A stretch of 64,000 bases of DNA from Cyclobacteriaceae bacterium (GCA_016787605.1 JAEUUE010000119.1:40267-104266), one strand, 5' to 3'; counted from the stretch's first letter, positions 35,701 through 45,506 are shown. The notes: generated from the sequence alone by a model not told the origin. Translations and numbers: made by a program.

Positions 35701-36891
35701 TTAGGTGCGAGTATGTTCAATGGCTTCACGGATGATCGTGCATCCGTGGCGGATTTCGTCTTCGGAGATCGTCAGGGGAGGAGCAATACGAAAACTATGG
35801 GGATGGGACAGGAACCAGTAGCAGATGACTCCCCTGGTCTTGGCAAATTCCACGATGCGGTTCACCCGTTCGGCTGATTCAAAGTCAACGGCAAACATCA
35901 GCCCCATTCTCCGGATCTCCATGATGTCCGGGTGGCGCAAGAGTGATTCGAGCAGTTGACCCTTGGCTTCCGCGCCTTCAACCAGGCGTTCTTCTTTCAA
36001 CACGCGCAGGGTGGCCAGGGCCGCGGCACAGCATACCGGGTTACCCCCGAACGTGGTGATGTGGCCGAGCATAGGGTCGTGCGTGAAGGCCCGGAGGTTC
36101 TCTTCTGAGGAGATCAGCGCGCCGATCGGCATGCCGCCGCCGAAGGCTTTGGCGATGGTCAGGATGTCGGGGATGATGCCGAAGTGTTCGAAGGCAAATA
36201 ACTTTCCGGTTCGTCCCATGCCGCATTGAATTTCATCGAGGATGAGAAGCGCGCCGGTATCGTCGCATCGCTGTCGAACCGCTTTCATGTACTCTTTCGA
36301 GGGAATCCGAACGCCCGCATCCCCCTGGATGGTTTCCATGATCACGCAGGCGGTATCGGTATCGATGAGGGCCAGGTCTTCTGCTTTGCCATAGTCCATG
36401 AAATGGATGTCCGGCAGCAGCGGCCGGAAGGCATTCTTTTTGACTTCGTTGCCCGAGACGCTCAGCGATCCGTGCGTGCTTCCGTGGTAGGATTTCCGGC
36501 AAGAGACGATCCGGGTGCGGCCCGTGAGGCGCTTGGCGAGTTTCAGGGCCGCTTCGTTGGCTTCTGTGCCCGAGTTGACGAAGTACGAACAGTTGAGGGA
36601 GGAAGGGAGAAGGCGGGCCAGCTCGGCAGCGAGCTCGTTGGAAGGCGACTGGATGTACTCCCCGTACGCCATCACGTGGAGGTGTTTGTCGGCCTGGTCC
36701 TTGATCGCCTGAACCACCTTGGGATGGCAGTGCCCGACATTGGTGACGGCTATGCCGGAGATGAGGTCGAGGTAGCGTGTGCCGTCGGGGGCGTAGAGCC
36801 AGCTGCCCGAAGCGCGCTCGATGGCGATGCCAAAGGGGGCCGGGGAAGTCTGGGCCAGCCGGTGGAGGAAGATATCCGGGTCGAAGTTCAT
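35701..36891 (-). CDS. class III pyridoxal-phosphate aminotransferase (acetylornithine/ornithine aminotransferase-like)
   Basis: About 396 aa from MNFDPDIF. It has SGTEANEAALKLA, DEIQCGMGRTG and the PLP-Lys context ILTIAKAFGGG. Confidence 0.85.
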   Translation of the reverse strand: MNFDPDIFLHRLAQTSPAPFGIAIERASGSWLYAPDGTRYLDLISGIAVTNVGHCHPKVVQAIKDQADKHLHVMAYGEYIQSPSNELAAELARLLPSSLNCSYFVNSGTEANEAALKLAKRLTGRTRIVSCRKSYHGSTHGSLSVSGNEVKKNAFRPLLPDIHFMDYGKAEDLALIDTDTACVIMETIQGDAGVRIPSKEYMKAVRQRCDDTGALLILDEIQCGMGRTGKLFAFEHFGIIPDILTIAKAFGGGMPIGALISSEENLRAFTHDPMLGHITTFGGNPVCCAAALATLRVLKEERLVEGAEAKGQLLESLLRHPDIMEIRRMGLMFAVDFESAERVNRIVEFAKTRGVICYWFLSHPHSFRIAPPLTISEDEIRHGCTIIREAIEHTRT

Positions 36892-36976
36892 GAGTGCGGA
36901 CCCGAAGATCGAAAAAAAAAGCCCCTGCAGAAACTGCAGAGGCCTATCACTAAACACCCCTTGTCACGTGATATCT

Positions 36977-37255
36977 TCAGAAGTCCGTTTCCGCCTGGGG
37001 TTTGTTGCGGTTTTTACGGCTGGAGGCTGCGAGGTTATTGGATCTCGGAGCATCCTTTCTTTTCCAGTATAGTACTTTCACCACGCGTCCCGAGTTGCTG
37101 TGCACCGACACCCGGTACTTGGGTTTGTCGAAGCGCGGCGGCTTCGGTCTCGCTGCCTCTGCCACCTCGGCGAAGAGCATGCAGATGGCAACACAGGCAA
37201 CAAAAACAATCACCTGGGTAAGCCTATGGCGAATGTTGTAGAACGTTGCAGTCAT
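36977..37255 (-). CDS. hypothetical small basic protein with N-terminal TM segment
   Basis: 92-aa ORF with a hydrophobic segment VIVFVACVAICMLFA followed by a Lys/Arg-rich tail. I recognise no family. Confidence 0.3.
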   Translation of the reverse strand: MTATFYNIRHRLTQVIVFVACVAICMLFAEVAEAARPKPPRFDKPKYRVSVHSNSGRVVKVLYWKRKDAPRSNNLAASSRKNRNKPQAETDF

Positions 37256-37582
37256 ATCCCCTCCTTCGTTTTCGTTGGATCAAAGGTGAGGGACACGGGA
37301 TTTTCATTTCGGCCAAATTCAGGCAAAACAATACATCCGTATCCTAACTTTTAGCTACCTGTCAGTGGCTTGCCCTCCAGGCCCACTGCACCTTTAATGA
37401 TATGATTATCAAATAATTGTAAGGAAATCACCCGGTTTACCTCCCGCGAAAGCTGATCATCCACCTTACACTCCAGGGAGCCTGAATTGCAATTTGAAAC
37501 CGAATCTTACACCCCCGGTTACCTTGATTTTGGGAGGAATTTGACCCTTGTTGGGTTAGCCGGGCTTGTGTTTCTTGCGGCC

Positions 37583-38437
37583 ATGTTTTCTCCCGGCGTC
37601 CGGTTCATGTTGCTGGCCACGTTCTTTTTTGCCCTCATGAACGCGGCGGTGAAGTCGCTCGGTCATCTCCCGGCCATTGAAATTGCCCTGCTTCGTTCCG
37701 GGGTTTCCCTGGTGATCGCGTTCGGCATAGTCCGGTATTACCGCATTCCGCTCCCGGGCAACAACAGCCCGGCGCTCCTGCTTCGGGGGTTCTTCGGCAG
37801 CCTGTCGCTGGTGCTTTATTTCGTCACGCTCCAGCACATGCCGCTGGCCAGCGCAGTGACCCTGCAGTACCTGTCGCCGGTGTTCACGGCGATCATGGGC
37901 ATTTTCATAGTGCGCGAGCCGGTGAAGCCGCTGCAGTGGTTGTTCTTTGCCATTTCCTTCACCGGGGTGTTGATGGTGCAGGGCTTCGACAACCGGATCG
38001 AGCCTGGCTATATGCTGGTGGGCATCGGTTCGGCTTTCTTTGCCGGCCTGGCGTACAACATGATCCGCCAGCTAAAGCTCACCGAGCATCCGCTGGTGAT
38101 CACGTTTTATTTTCCCCTGGTCTCGCTGCCGGTCACCGCGGCCTTGCTGGGCACCATCGCCTGGGTTCCTCCGCAGGGTACCGACTGGCTGGTCCTCATT
38201 TTTATCGGCCTGACCGCGCAGATCGCGCAATACTTCATGACACGGTCTTACCAGTCAGATGAATTGTCGAAGGTGGTGAGCCTGAAGTACGTGGGAATCA
38301 TCTACGCGCTGGCGTTGGGTTATTTCCTGTTTGGCGAGACCTTCTCTTTGGAGGCGCACCTGGGGATGATCGTGGTGCTCGCCGGGGTGATTTTGAATAT
38401 CTGGTACAAGGAGAAGATAGGGGCGGGCGTTTCATAA
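37583..38437 (+). CDS. DMT superfamily (EamA-like) transporter
   Basis: Ten-TM pattern with two EamA-like halves. The ATG at 37583 is preferred. An in-frame TTG at 37487 (the ORF-track start) would add 32 aa. Confidence 0.75.
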   Translation: MFSPGVRFMLLATFFFALMNAAVKSLGHLPAIEIALLRSGVSLVIAFGIVRYYRIPLPGNNSPALLLRGFFGSLSLVLYFVTLQHMPLASAVTLQYLSPVFTAIMGIFIVREPVKPLQWLFFAISFTGVLMVQGFDNRIEPGYMLVGIGSAFFAGLAYNMIRQLKLTEHPLVITFYFPLVSLPVTAALLGTIAWVPPQGTDWLVLIFIGLTAQIAQYFMTRSYQSDELSKVVSLKYVGIIYALALGYFLFGETFSLEAHLGMIVVLAGVILNIWYKEKIGAGVS

Positions 38438-38606
38438 CGTTACCGCCGGTTGGAGCGATTTCCAGGACACATTCTGTTTAGCCTCAACGTTCTTGGTTGC
38501 CTTTTTCGGGCGAGGAGATATTTTTTTGATTAAACATTCCGTGGATTTGTAAAACATTGCCTGAAGCCCGGGGTTTTACCTGTTGAATTCACTAAAAACA
38601 AACCAC

Positions 38607-39530
38607 ATGAGAGTAACACATAAATTCCTTTTTGTCGCCGTCATGTTTGCCGGCATGCTCGCAACCTCCTGCAGCGAGGATAAGGTTACGCCCCAGGCGA
38701 AATCCATCGTCGAGATTGCCAGCGCTGATCCTCAGTTCAGCACCCTCGTTGCCGCGCTCACCAAGGCGGAGTTGGTTACTACCCTCCAGGGAACAGGACC
38801 CTTCACGGTGTTTGCTCCCACCAACACGGCTTTCGCTGCACTGCTGAGCGATCTTGGGGTATCGTCGCTTGATGCGCTCTCCAAGGAGGCCCTCACACCG
38901 ATCCTGCTCAACCACGTTATCGTGGGTCAGTTCAAGTCAACCGACTTGTCCACCAGCTATGTGAGCACAGCCAGCAACACGGGTCCGGACGACAACCTCC
39001 TGGATCTTTACATCGAAGTTGGCTCAGGAGTGAATATCAACAGCAGTGTTTCCGTGACCAGCGCGGATATCATCGCGTCAAACGGCGTTATTCATGTAGT
39101 AGACAAGGTAATCCTCCCCACCGATGTGGTTGATATTGCAGCCAATAACGACGAGTTCACGTCGCTCGTTGATGCGCTGGGTAGTGCCGAAGGCGACCTG
39201 GTCAGCGTTCTTAAAGGCGACGGTCCGTTCACGGTATTTGCCCCGGTCAACAGCGCCTTCGCCGACATCGCGGGTGTGGTAGCCGGGCTTGACGCCGCGC
39301 AGCTGGCCGATGTGTTGAAGTACCATGTCGTATCCGGAGCTAATGTCCGGTCAACGGATCTCACCGACGGCATGACGGTAACCACCTTGTCAGGAACATT
39401 CACGGTAAACATCTCCGGAGGTACCGTGACCCTGACGGATGAATCAGGTGCAACGGTTAACGTGGTTGCCACTGATATCCAGGGAACGAACGGGGTTGTT
39501 CATGTCATCGACAAAGTGTTGTTGAAATAA
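38607..39530 (+). CDS. fasciclin (FAS1) domain-containing lipoprotein, two FAS1 domains
   Basis: Lipobox LATSCSED. Two repeats of the GPFTVFAP(T/V)N(T/S)AF ... NGV(I/V)HVIDKV(I/L)LP pattern. Confidence 0.8.
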   Translation: MRVTHKFLFVAVMFAGMLATSCSEDKVTPQAKSIVEIASADPQFSTLVAALTKAELVTTLQGTGPFTVFAPTNTAFAALLSDLGVSSLDALSKEALTPILLNHVIVGQFKSTDLSTSYVSTASNTGPDDNLLDLYIEVGSGVNINSSVSVTSADIIASNGVIHVVDKVILPTDVVDIAANNDEFTSLVDALGSAEGDLVSVLKGDGPFTVFAPVNSAFADIAGVVAGLDAAQLADVLKYHVVSGANVRSTDLTDGMTVTTLSGTFTVNISGGTVTLTDESGATVNVVATDIQGTNGVVHVIDKVLLK

Positions 39531-39555
39531 TGAAGTTAATGTTGGCATGAACCGG

Positions 39556-39587
39556 GAGGGCGAGTGAAAACTCGCCCTCTTTTCTTT
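39556..39587 (+). terminator. rho-independent terminator after the fasciclin gene
   Basis: GAGGGCGAG-tgaaaa-CTCGCCCTC, a perfect 9-bp stem followed by TTTTCTTT. Confidence 0.7.
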
Positions 39588-39709
39588 GCGGATTATCGCA
39601 GAGTCATACCGGTAATTTTTTGGTGACGCCCATCTTGCCATGCCTCGACCGATATCATTGATTCCTGCTCGTCCCGGACGCGAAATTTGAGCAACGAAAC
39701 CCAGCAGCT

Positions 39710-39907
39710 ATGCCGTTCAGGAGCGAGGCGCAGAGACGTTACCTGTGGGCGCGGCAGCCCAAGGTGGCCAGGAAGTGGGCGAAGGAGTACCCGGGCCAGA
39801 AGGATTTACCGGAGAAGGTGAATGCCAGCGGAAGGGCAGGGGCGAAGAAGGCCTCCAGGAAAACAGCCCGGCACAGCGGCACGCGAAGGAGACGACTGAT
39901 TACTTGA
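39710..39907 (+). CDS. small basic protein (65 aa), SEAQRRYLWA-type N-terminus
   Basis: MPFRSEAQRRYLWARQPKVARKWAKEYPG... The N-terminal S-x-AQ-x-R-Y/F-L motif recalls a small-protein family I have seen in phage and bacterial genomes. The C-terminus is Arg/Lys-rich. Confidence 0.4.
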   Translation: MPFRSEAQRRYLWARQPKVARKWAKEYPGQKDLPEKVNASGRAGAKKASRKTARHSGTRRRRLIT

Positions 39908-39932
39908 ACGATGCCCACTAAATCCAACTTGT

Positions 39933-40346
39933 ATGAAAACGTTGCATATACCCTTTCTGGCAGGACTCTTCTTCCTGGCCTTGATCCTTTCGTGCAGCAA
40001 AGACGACCCGAAGCCCGCCGGCTCCATCATTGGCTCCTGGAAATTCGCCAGTGAAAGCCTGACGGGGTGCACCGATCCAACCGATAACGGCACGGAATAC
40101 TGCACGAGCGATTGTCCAATACTCCTCATCGCTGACGGTACCTGGACGTTCACGGACCCGGTCAATCCTTCTAACTCAGGAACAGGCACCTACACCCTGA
40201 GTGGCAACAGCATTACCATTACCGTTTCAGCAGGCACAGGCTACTCCGGCACCTTCACCTATACCGTGTCGGGAACCAGCCTGACGTTTTCCGATTCGAA
40301 TTATGGAATGGGCTGCACGGGCAACCTGAATTTTACGAAGATCTGA
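39933..40346 (+). CDS. lipocalin-like lipoprotein, four-Cys family (paralog 1)
   Basis: Lipobox ILSCSKDD, then IGSWKFAS...GCTDPTDN...YC...DC...GTYTLSGNSITI...GCTGNLNFTKI. Clear paralog of 45102..45506. Confidence 0.6.
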   Translation: MKTLHIPFLAGLFFLALILSCSKDDPKPAGSIIGSWKFASESLTGCTDPTDNGTEYCTSDCPILLIADGTWTFTDPVNPSNSGTGTYTLSGNSITITVSAGTGYSGTFTYTVSGTSLTFSDSNYGMGCTGNLNFTKI

Positions 40347-40413
40347 GCGAGATGGCTACCCGGGTGCCCATGCCGAAGTGTGAAATGGGTAAAAATCAGC
40401 TGCCTGGATAAAC

Positions 40414-40455
40414 AAAGAAGCCAACTCCTTATTTTTCAGTGAGTTGGCTTCTTTT
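40414..40455. terminator. bidirectional terminator hairpin between the lipocalin-like gene and tRNA-Glu
   Basis: AAAGAAGCCAACTC-13 nt-GAGTTGGCTTCTTT, a perfect 14-bp stem with T-rich flanks on both strands. Confidence 0.65.
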
Positions 40456-40459
40456 GGTG

Positions 40460-40531
40460 TAGTCCGTACGGGAATCGAACCCGTGTTACAAGAATGAAAA
40501 TCTTGTGTCCTAACCCCTAGACGAACGGACC
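40460..40531 (-). tRNA. tRNA-Glu (anticodon UUC)
   Basis: The reverse complement GGTCCGTTCGTCTAGGGGTTAGGACACAAGATTTTCATTCTTGTAACACGGGTTCGATTCCCGTACGGACTA folds as a cloverleaf. It has a 7-bp acceptor stem, a D arm, an anticodon stem CAAGA/TCTTG with loop TTTTCAT, and a T arm ACGGG/CCCGT. CCA is not encoded. Confidence 0.9.
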
Positions 40532-40540
40532 TTGGGCTAA

Positions 40541-41689
<1,149 letters not shown>

Positions 41690-41713
41690 GCACGAATAGA
41701 TTTGTGGATAGGA

Positions 41714-41750
41714 GAATCACCGGTTGGATTCAGCCGGTGATTCTTTTTTT
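41714..41750 (+). terminator. rho-independent terminator after gap
   Basis: GAATCACCGG-10 nt-CCGGTGATTC, a perfect 10-bp stem followed by TTTTTTT. Confidence 0.8.
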
Positions 41751-41790
41751 ATCGGTGCTGGGCTTGTCCCGATGACGCGCCTCGCGAAGT

Positions 41791-41837
41791 CGGGGTGCTA
41801 GGTACTAGGTAATCAGGTCATAAGGGCTCGGCTGGTG
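41791..41837. repeat. degenerate heptamer-type repeat patch (CTAGGTA-like units)
   Basis: cgGGGtgCTAGGtaCTAGGtaATCAGGtcataaGGGCTCGGCTGGtg. Same motif flavour as the blocks at 52326..52450. It lies between convergent genes. Confidence 0.4.
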
Positions 41838-41840
41838 TTT

Positions 41841-42968
41841 CTACTTCTTCTTTTTCTTCTTTTTACTCACCACCTCGTGCCCGAGCGGCACCATGTTGGA
41901 TACGGTCTCGCGCCAAACCAGGTAGCCAGTCAGGTACACACTCAGCTGTTCGGAGAAGTAGCCGTTCTCATAGATTTTTAGGGATGGATCTTTAAATCGC
42001 ACGTAGGTTTGCTGGAAGCCATTGGGATTTCGCCCCCGGTAGCGGCTCAGCATCCGGCCAGGATACTCCCAATCTTCCGGTCGCTGGTACTCGAGTTTCA
42101 ACAGTCCCTGGAAGTTAAGTTGCCTGACTTTACTCCCGGAGACCAACGAGTCACGGAGAAAAGGAGTGAGTACTTCATCCCAGGCGGAAGCCCCTGAGGT
42201 CTCCGAACTGTCGGCAATCAGCAGCCTGAATCGCTCATCTTCCAGCTTGTCCAGGTACAGGGCCCTCATGAAGTGAAACATCGATCCCTGGTAGGCTGCG
42301 TTCCGCTTCTTTTCGCGCGCCGCTGAATCTTTCCGATTGGTGAATGGCAATTCTTCAAATCTAGGGCTCCCCTGCATCACTTTGGCGCCTGAGGTGAAAT
42401 CCAGTCCGAAGCGCTCCAGGGTGTAATGCACCTTATAGCCCAATTCCGGATTAAGCACCTGCACGGGCTTGCGTGCGCTTACCGAAAGGTAGTTGCGTTT
42501 GGAATCGAAATAGAAGTGAAGCACTTCCGGGTTGAGAATCTTGCATGATTTGGCGCTTCGGCTGTCGCCGACAAAGAAGCGGGTAAATACGGGCAGGTAC
42601 TGCTTGTCTGACTGATCGGCGATCACCGTGATTGAGTCCAGGTGCACATTGTCTTGTTCCAGTGTGATCTCAATACGATACTGCCCTTGCTGGAACTCAA
42701 GTGGCTGCTTGTGGGATTTGAAGCCAACCACCTCGACAACCAGGTCATATTTTCCGTCAGGAAACCGGGAGAGGGTAAACGTCCCGTCGACCAGCGAGGC
42801 CGTTCCAACGGTGGTATGTGCGAAGAATACGCTGGCGAAAGGCACCGGCTCGCCTGTCTTCTGGTCGATGATCTTCCCGGAAAGGGTACTCTGACCATAG
42901 CCGAGCAGGACCACTCCAGCAAGAAGTATGGTCCCAAGCAGCCGCAGAGGAATACGAGCAACAATCAC
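41841..42968 (-). CDS. carboxypeptidase-like regulatory domain protein with poly-Lys C-terminus
   Basis: Signal/TM N-terminus and CarboxypepD_reg segment LSGKIIDQKTGEPVPFASVFF...GKYDLVVEVVGF. There is no TBDR barrel. It ends in seven Lys codons. Confidence 0.6.
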   Translation of the reverse strand: MIVARIPLRLLGTILLAGVVLLGYGQSTLSGKIIDQKTGEPVPFASVFFAHTTVGTASLVDGTFTLSRFPDGKYDLVVEVVGFKSHKQPLEFQQGQYRIEITLEQDNVHLDSITVIADQSDKQYLPVFTRFFVGDSRSAKSCKILNPEVLHFYFDSKRNYLSVSARKPVQVLNPELGYKVHYTLERFGLDFTSGAKVMQGSPRFEELPFTNRKDSAAREKKRNAAYQGSMFHFMRALYLDKLEDERFRLLIADSSETSGASAWDEVLTPFLRDSLVSGSKVRQLNFQGLLKLEYQRPEDWEYPGRMLSRYRGRNPNGFQQTYVRFKDPSLKIYENGYFSEQLSVYLTGYLVWRETVSNMVPLGHEVVSKKKKKKK

Positions 42969-43023
42969 AATTTAAAGTTACTCTTTCCCGTAGGAGAACC
43001 CGAAACCACGACGGCACTGACAC

Positions 43024-43044
43024 TTTTACATTTTACATTTTACA
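43024..43044. repeat. (TTTTACA)x3 perfect tandem heptamer
   Basis: Read directly as cacTTTTACATTTTACATTTTACAttgg, in the divergent promoter region between 42968 (-) and 43167 (+). Confidence 0.9.
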
Positions 43045-43166
43045 TTGGCCATTCTTCATTTTGCGTTTCCTTATAGTTGACTACGCCCCCTTTCTTGTCC
43101 AAAAAAATATCTTTATTGGCATACAACCCTTTGGCCCCGGGTTGCCACTCAATACCGAATACGATA

Positions 43167-43700
43167 ATGCACCAGGAACCCGAAGGCATACCCGATCAGG
43201 AACTGATTGACGGCTTTTTGAGGCACCGGTCGGAGCGCGAGTTCCGGCTGCTGTACCGGAGGTATGCCGCGCGCATCCACCGCATGGCCTTGCACCTGGT
43301 CAATTATGACGGGCCGGCCGCGGATGAGGCGGCACAAGAGACGTGGATTACTGCCATGAAGAAGTTGGAGACGTACCGGGGTGGTTCGACCTTCAAGACG
43401 TGGCTGACGGGTATCCTGATCAACAAGGTGAGGGAGCATCGGAGAGCGGGTCTTCGCCGGCCCGCGCATGCCCTGGATCCCGAACTCGGCCAACCGGCCT
43501 ACGGGTACCCGGGGATAGGGGTAGACCTGCAGCGGTCGCTGGCGGGCCTGAGTGAAGGCTATCACCAGGTGCTGGTACTGCACGACGCCGAAGGCTACAC
43601 CCACGAGGAAATCGCCGCGCTGCTGGGCATCAGCGAAGGGACAAGCAAAAGCCAGTTGTTTCACGCCCGACAACAGGTACGGAAATTTTTCAACGCCTAA
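43167..43700 (+). CDS. ECF-type RNA polymerase sigma-70 family factor
   Basis: About 177 aa. Region 2 (FRLLYRRYAARIHRMALHL...DEAAQETWI) and region 4 (EGYTHEEIAALLGISEGTSKSQLFHARQQV). Confidence 0.8.
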   Translation: MHQEPEGIPDQELIDGFLRHRSEREFRLLYRRYAARIHRMALHLVNYDGPAADEAAQETWITAMKKLETYRGGSTFKTWLTGILINKVREHRRAGLRRPAHALDPELGQPAYGYPGIGVDLQRSLAGLSEGYHQVLVLHDAEGYTHEEIAALLGISEGTSKSQLFHARQQVRKFFNA

Positions 43701-43702
43701 GT

Positions 43703-44260
43703 ATGGAAGACAGCGAACAGGAACCTGCACCGATCAGCTTCGAAGTATTCAGGGAGCAGCATGTCCTTCCGGCGGAACTGGAAGGCCGTATCATATCCGA
43801 ACTAAAGAAAGAAAGAATAATCAATACCACCATGAACACAACCAACTACTACCGCATCGCCGCAGCCCTCGGTGGCATCATCATCGCCTTTTTCGCCGGG
43901 ATGTATACGGCGGGCCACGACGGCGGATCCACCGTGATCAACGATGCGCGTCGTTCTTACCTGCTGCTGCTGCGGGAAGATTCCACGTTCAATGGAACCG
44001 ATATTCCTGCGCTGGTTAAGGAGTATTCCCGGTGGGCGGAAGACATGGCGGCGAAGAACCAGTTGGTGGGTGCGGAAAAACTGACCGAAGAAATCTACCA
44101 GTTTGGCAATCTCCCTTCACCTGGCGGTCCCGGGATCAGTGGGTATTTTGTCATTCGTGCCAACGATCTGGCCGAGGCCCGGGCCATTGTTCAGAGTCAC
44201 CCACACCTGAAGTATAACGGGGGGATCGAACTCCGGCCCATCGACCCGCTGGAGAACTAG
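43703..44260 (+). CDS. membrane-anchored YCII/DGPF-domain protein (putative sigma-factor partner)
   Basis: Starts 2 nt after the sigma stop. It has one TM segment (YYRIAAALGGIIIAFFAGMY). The C-terminal part (YLLLLRED...EYSRWAEDMAAKNQLVGAEKL...GYFVIRANDLAEARAIVQSHPHLKYNGGIELRPI) follows the YCII-related pattern. Confidence 0.55.
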   Translation: MEDSEQEPAPISFEVFREQHVLPAELEGRIISELKKERIINTTMNTTNYYRIAAALGGIIIAFFAGMYTAGHDGGSTVINDARRSYLLLLREDSTFNGTDIPALVKEYSRWAEDMAAKNQLVGAEKLTEEIYQFGNLPSPGGPGISGYFVIRANDLAEARAIVQSHPHLKYNGGIELRPIDPLEN

Positions 44261-44271
44261 CCGGCGGTCAG

Positions 44272-44958
44272 CTACAAGCTGGCCATCTTGAAGACGATAG
44301 GCAACGTATAGCGTTGCCGCACCGGTTTGCCCCGTTGCTTGGCGGGCTTCCAGGGTGGTGCTCCCTGAACGATCCGTACGGCCTCCTCATCGCAGCCGGC
44401 GCCGATGCCCTTCACGATGTGCACATCAGTCAAGGTGCCGTCTTTGGCAATGACGAACTCCACATACACCCTGCCCTGGATGCCCATGCGTTTGGCCTGG
44501 GCCGGGTACTTGATGTTCTCAGAGACATACTGGTAAAAGGCGGCCATACCACCGATGGGTGCGGCCGTCTCTTCGACGATGGTGAATATCTTCTCCGACT
44601 CTTCTTCCGGTTCGGGTTCAGGGGTCCGGATCGTGATGGCCTCCACCTTCGTGTTGTCGGTGACTTCCATGTCGAGAATGACCTTGATTTCCTGTTTCAC
44701 CACTTCCTCGTCGGGCACTTCCACAACCGTGGAGGATTGCACCTGGGGAGCGGGGGGCGGGGGCTGCTCGGTGGGAGGAATTTCCACCATGAGCTCGAAA
44801 CTGTTGGTCTTCTTGGCTTCCAGCTGGACCTTCTCCGTATCGTAAGTCTTCCACTGGAAAGCAGTAATGGTGATACCCAGCGATATCATCAGGCCGATAC
44901 TTCTGAACAGGCCGGACTTCTTGTACATGTCCACGTGAACCGATTTCTTGGCTTCCAT
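44272..44958 (-). CDS. tonB: energy transducer TonB
   Basis: N-terminal TM segment, Pro/Glu-rich linker (PPTEQPPPPAPQ), and a C-terminal TonB domain (YPAQAKRMGIQGRVYVEFVIAKDGTL...PWKPAKQRGKPV). Confidence 0.75.
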   Translation of the reverse strand: MEAKKSVHVDMYKKSGLFRSIGLMISLGITITAFQWKTYDTEKVQLEAKKTNSFELMVEIPPTEQPPPPAPQVQSSTVVEVPDEEVVKQEIKVILDMEVTDNTKVEAITIRTPEPEPEEESEKIFTIVEETAAPIGGMAAFYQYVSENIKYPAQAKRMGIQGRVYVEFVIAKDGTLTDVHIVKGIGAGCDEEAVRIVQGAPPWKPAKQRGKPVRQRYTLPIVFKMASL

Positions 44959-45056
44959 ATAGCAGGGATTTGTTACCTAAAAGATAGCCCTGCTGCGATG
45001 GGCCTGCCATGATGCTTGTCAGGGGGGATAAGCACAAAAGTCATCCCTCCAGGGGC

Positions 45057-45080
45057 AAAAAAAGAGGGCCGAAGCCCTCT
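45057..45080 (-). terminator. rho-independent terminator after lipocalin-like paralog 2
   Basis: On the minus strand: AGAGGGC-ttcg-GCCCTCT followed by TTTTTT. Confidence 0.65.
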
Positions 45081-45101
45081 CATTGGCTGTGTTAAAGCCG
45101 A

Positions 45102-45506
45102 TCAGATCTTTTGGAAGGTGCTTACATGAGTGCATCCGTCCGTACCTGGGGCTTCCGTGAAGGTGAGGACTGTTCCTGCAACGGCCCAAGTGAACGTCTC
45201 GGACATCCCCCCGCTGAGCGTGATGGAACTTCCGCTTACGGTATAGGTGCCGGTTTGCGTAGCAACGCCTGGCTCTGTATAGGTCCAGCCTGTTGCCGTG
45301 ATAGCGAGTGTTCCGCAATCGGCCGAGGCCGGGCAGGTTTCCACGAAATTGTTGGTAGGATCTGTGCACCCGGTGGTTGCATAGCTAGCGAATTTCCAAT
45401 TGCCAATCAGGGCATTAGAGGTCGGTGTGGCGTCATCCTTCTTGCAGGAGGTGACAAAGGCCAGCAGTAGCAGGCACCACATGGAGTAGGTCAGTAATTT
45501 TTTCAT
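45102..45506 (-). CDS. lipocalin-like lipoprotein, four-Cys family (paralog 2)
   Basis: From MKKLLTYSMW. Lipobox FVTSCKKDD, then IGNWKFAS...GCTDPTNN...TC...DC...GTYTVSGSSITL...GCTHVSTFQKI. Confidence 0.6.
   Translation of the reverse strand: MKKLLTYSMWCLLLLAFVTSCKKDDATPTSNALIGNWKFASYATTGCTDPTNNFVETCPASADCGTLAITATGWTYTEPGVATQTGTYTVSGSSITLSGGMSETFTWAVAGTVLTFTEAPGTDGCTHVSTFQKI

Noticed and set aside
36226-37221. A 331-aa plus-strand ORF antisense to the aminotransferase gene
   Set aside because: It is a shadow ORF. The sense frame carries the PLP-Lys and class III aminotransferase motifs.
40391-40400. An AAAATCAG string resembling the right half of the FNR-like palindromes
   Set aside because: The left half-site is absent at N4 spacing (TGGGT, 3 of 5 at best), and the string lies downstream of a gene, not in a promoter.
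43117-43134. A sigma-54-like TGGCAT-N-TTGG element upstream of the ECF sigma gene
   Set aside because: The GG and GC elements are not at the required 10-nt spacing (TGGCATACAACCCTTTGG has CTT where TGC is needed).
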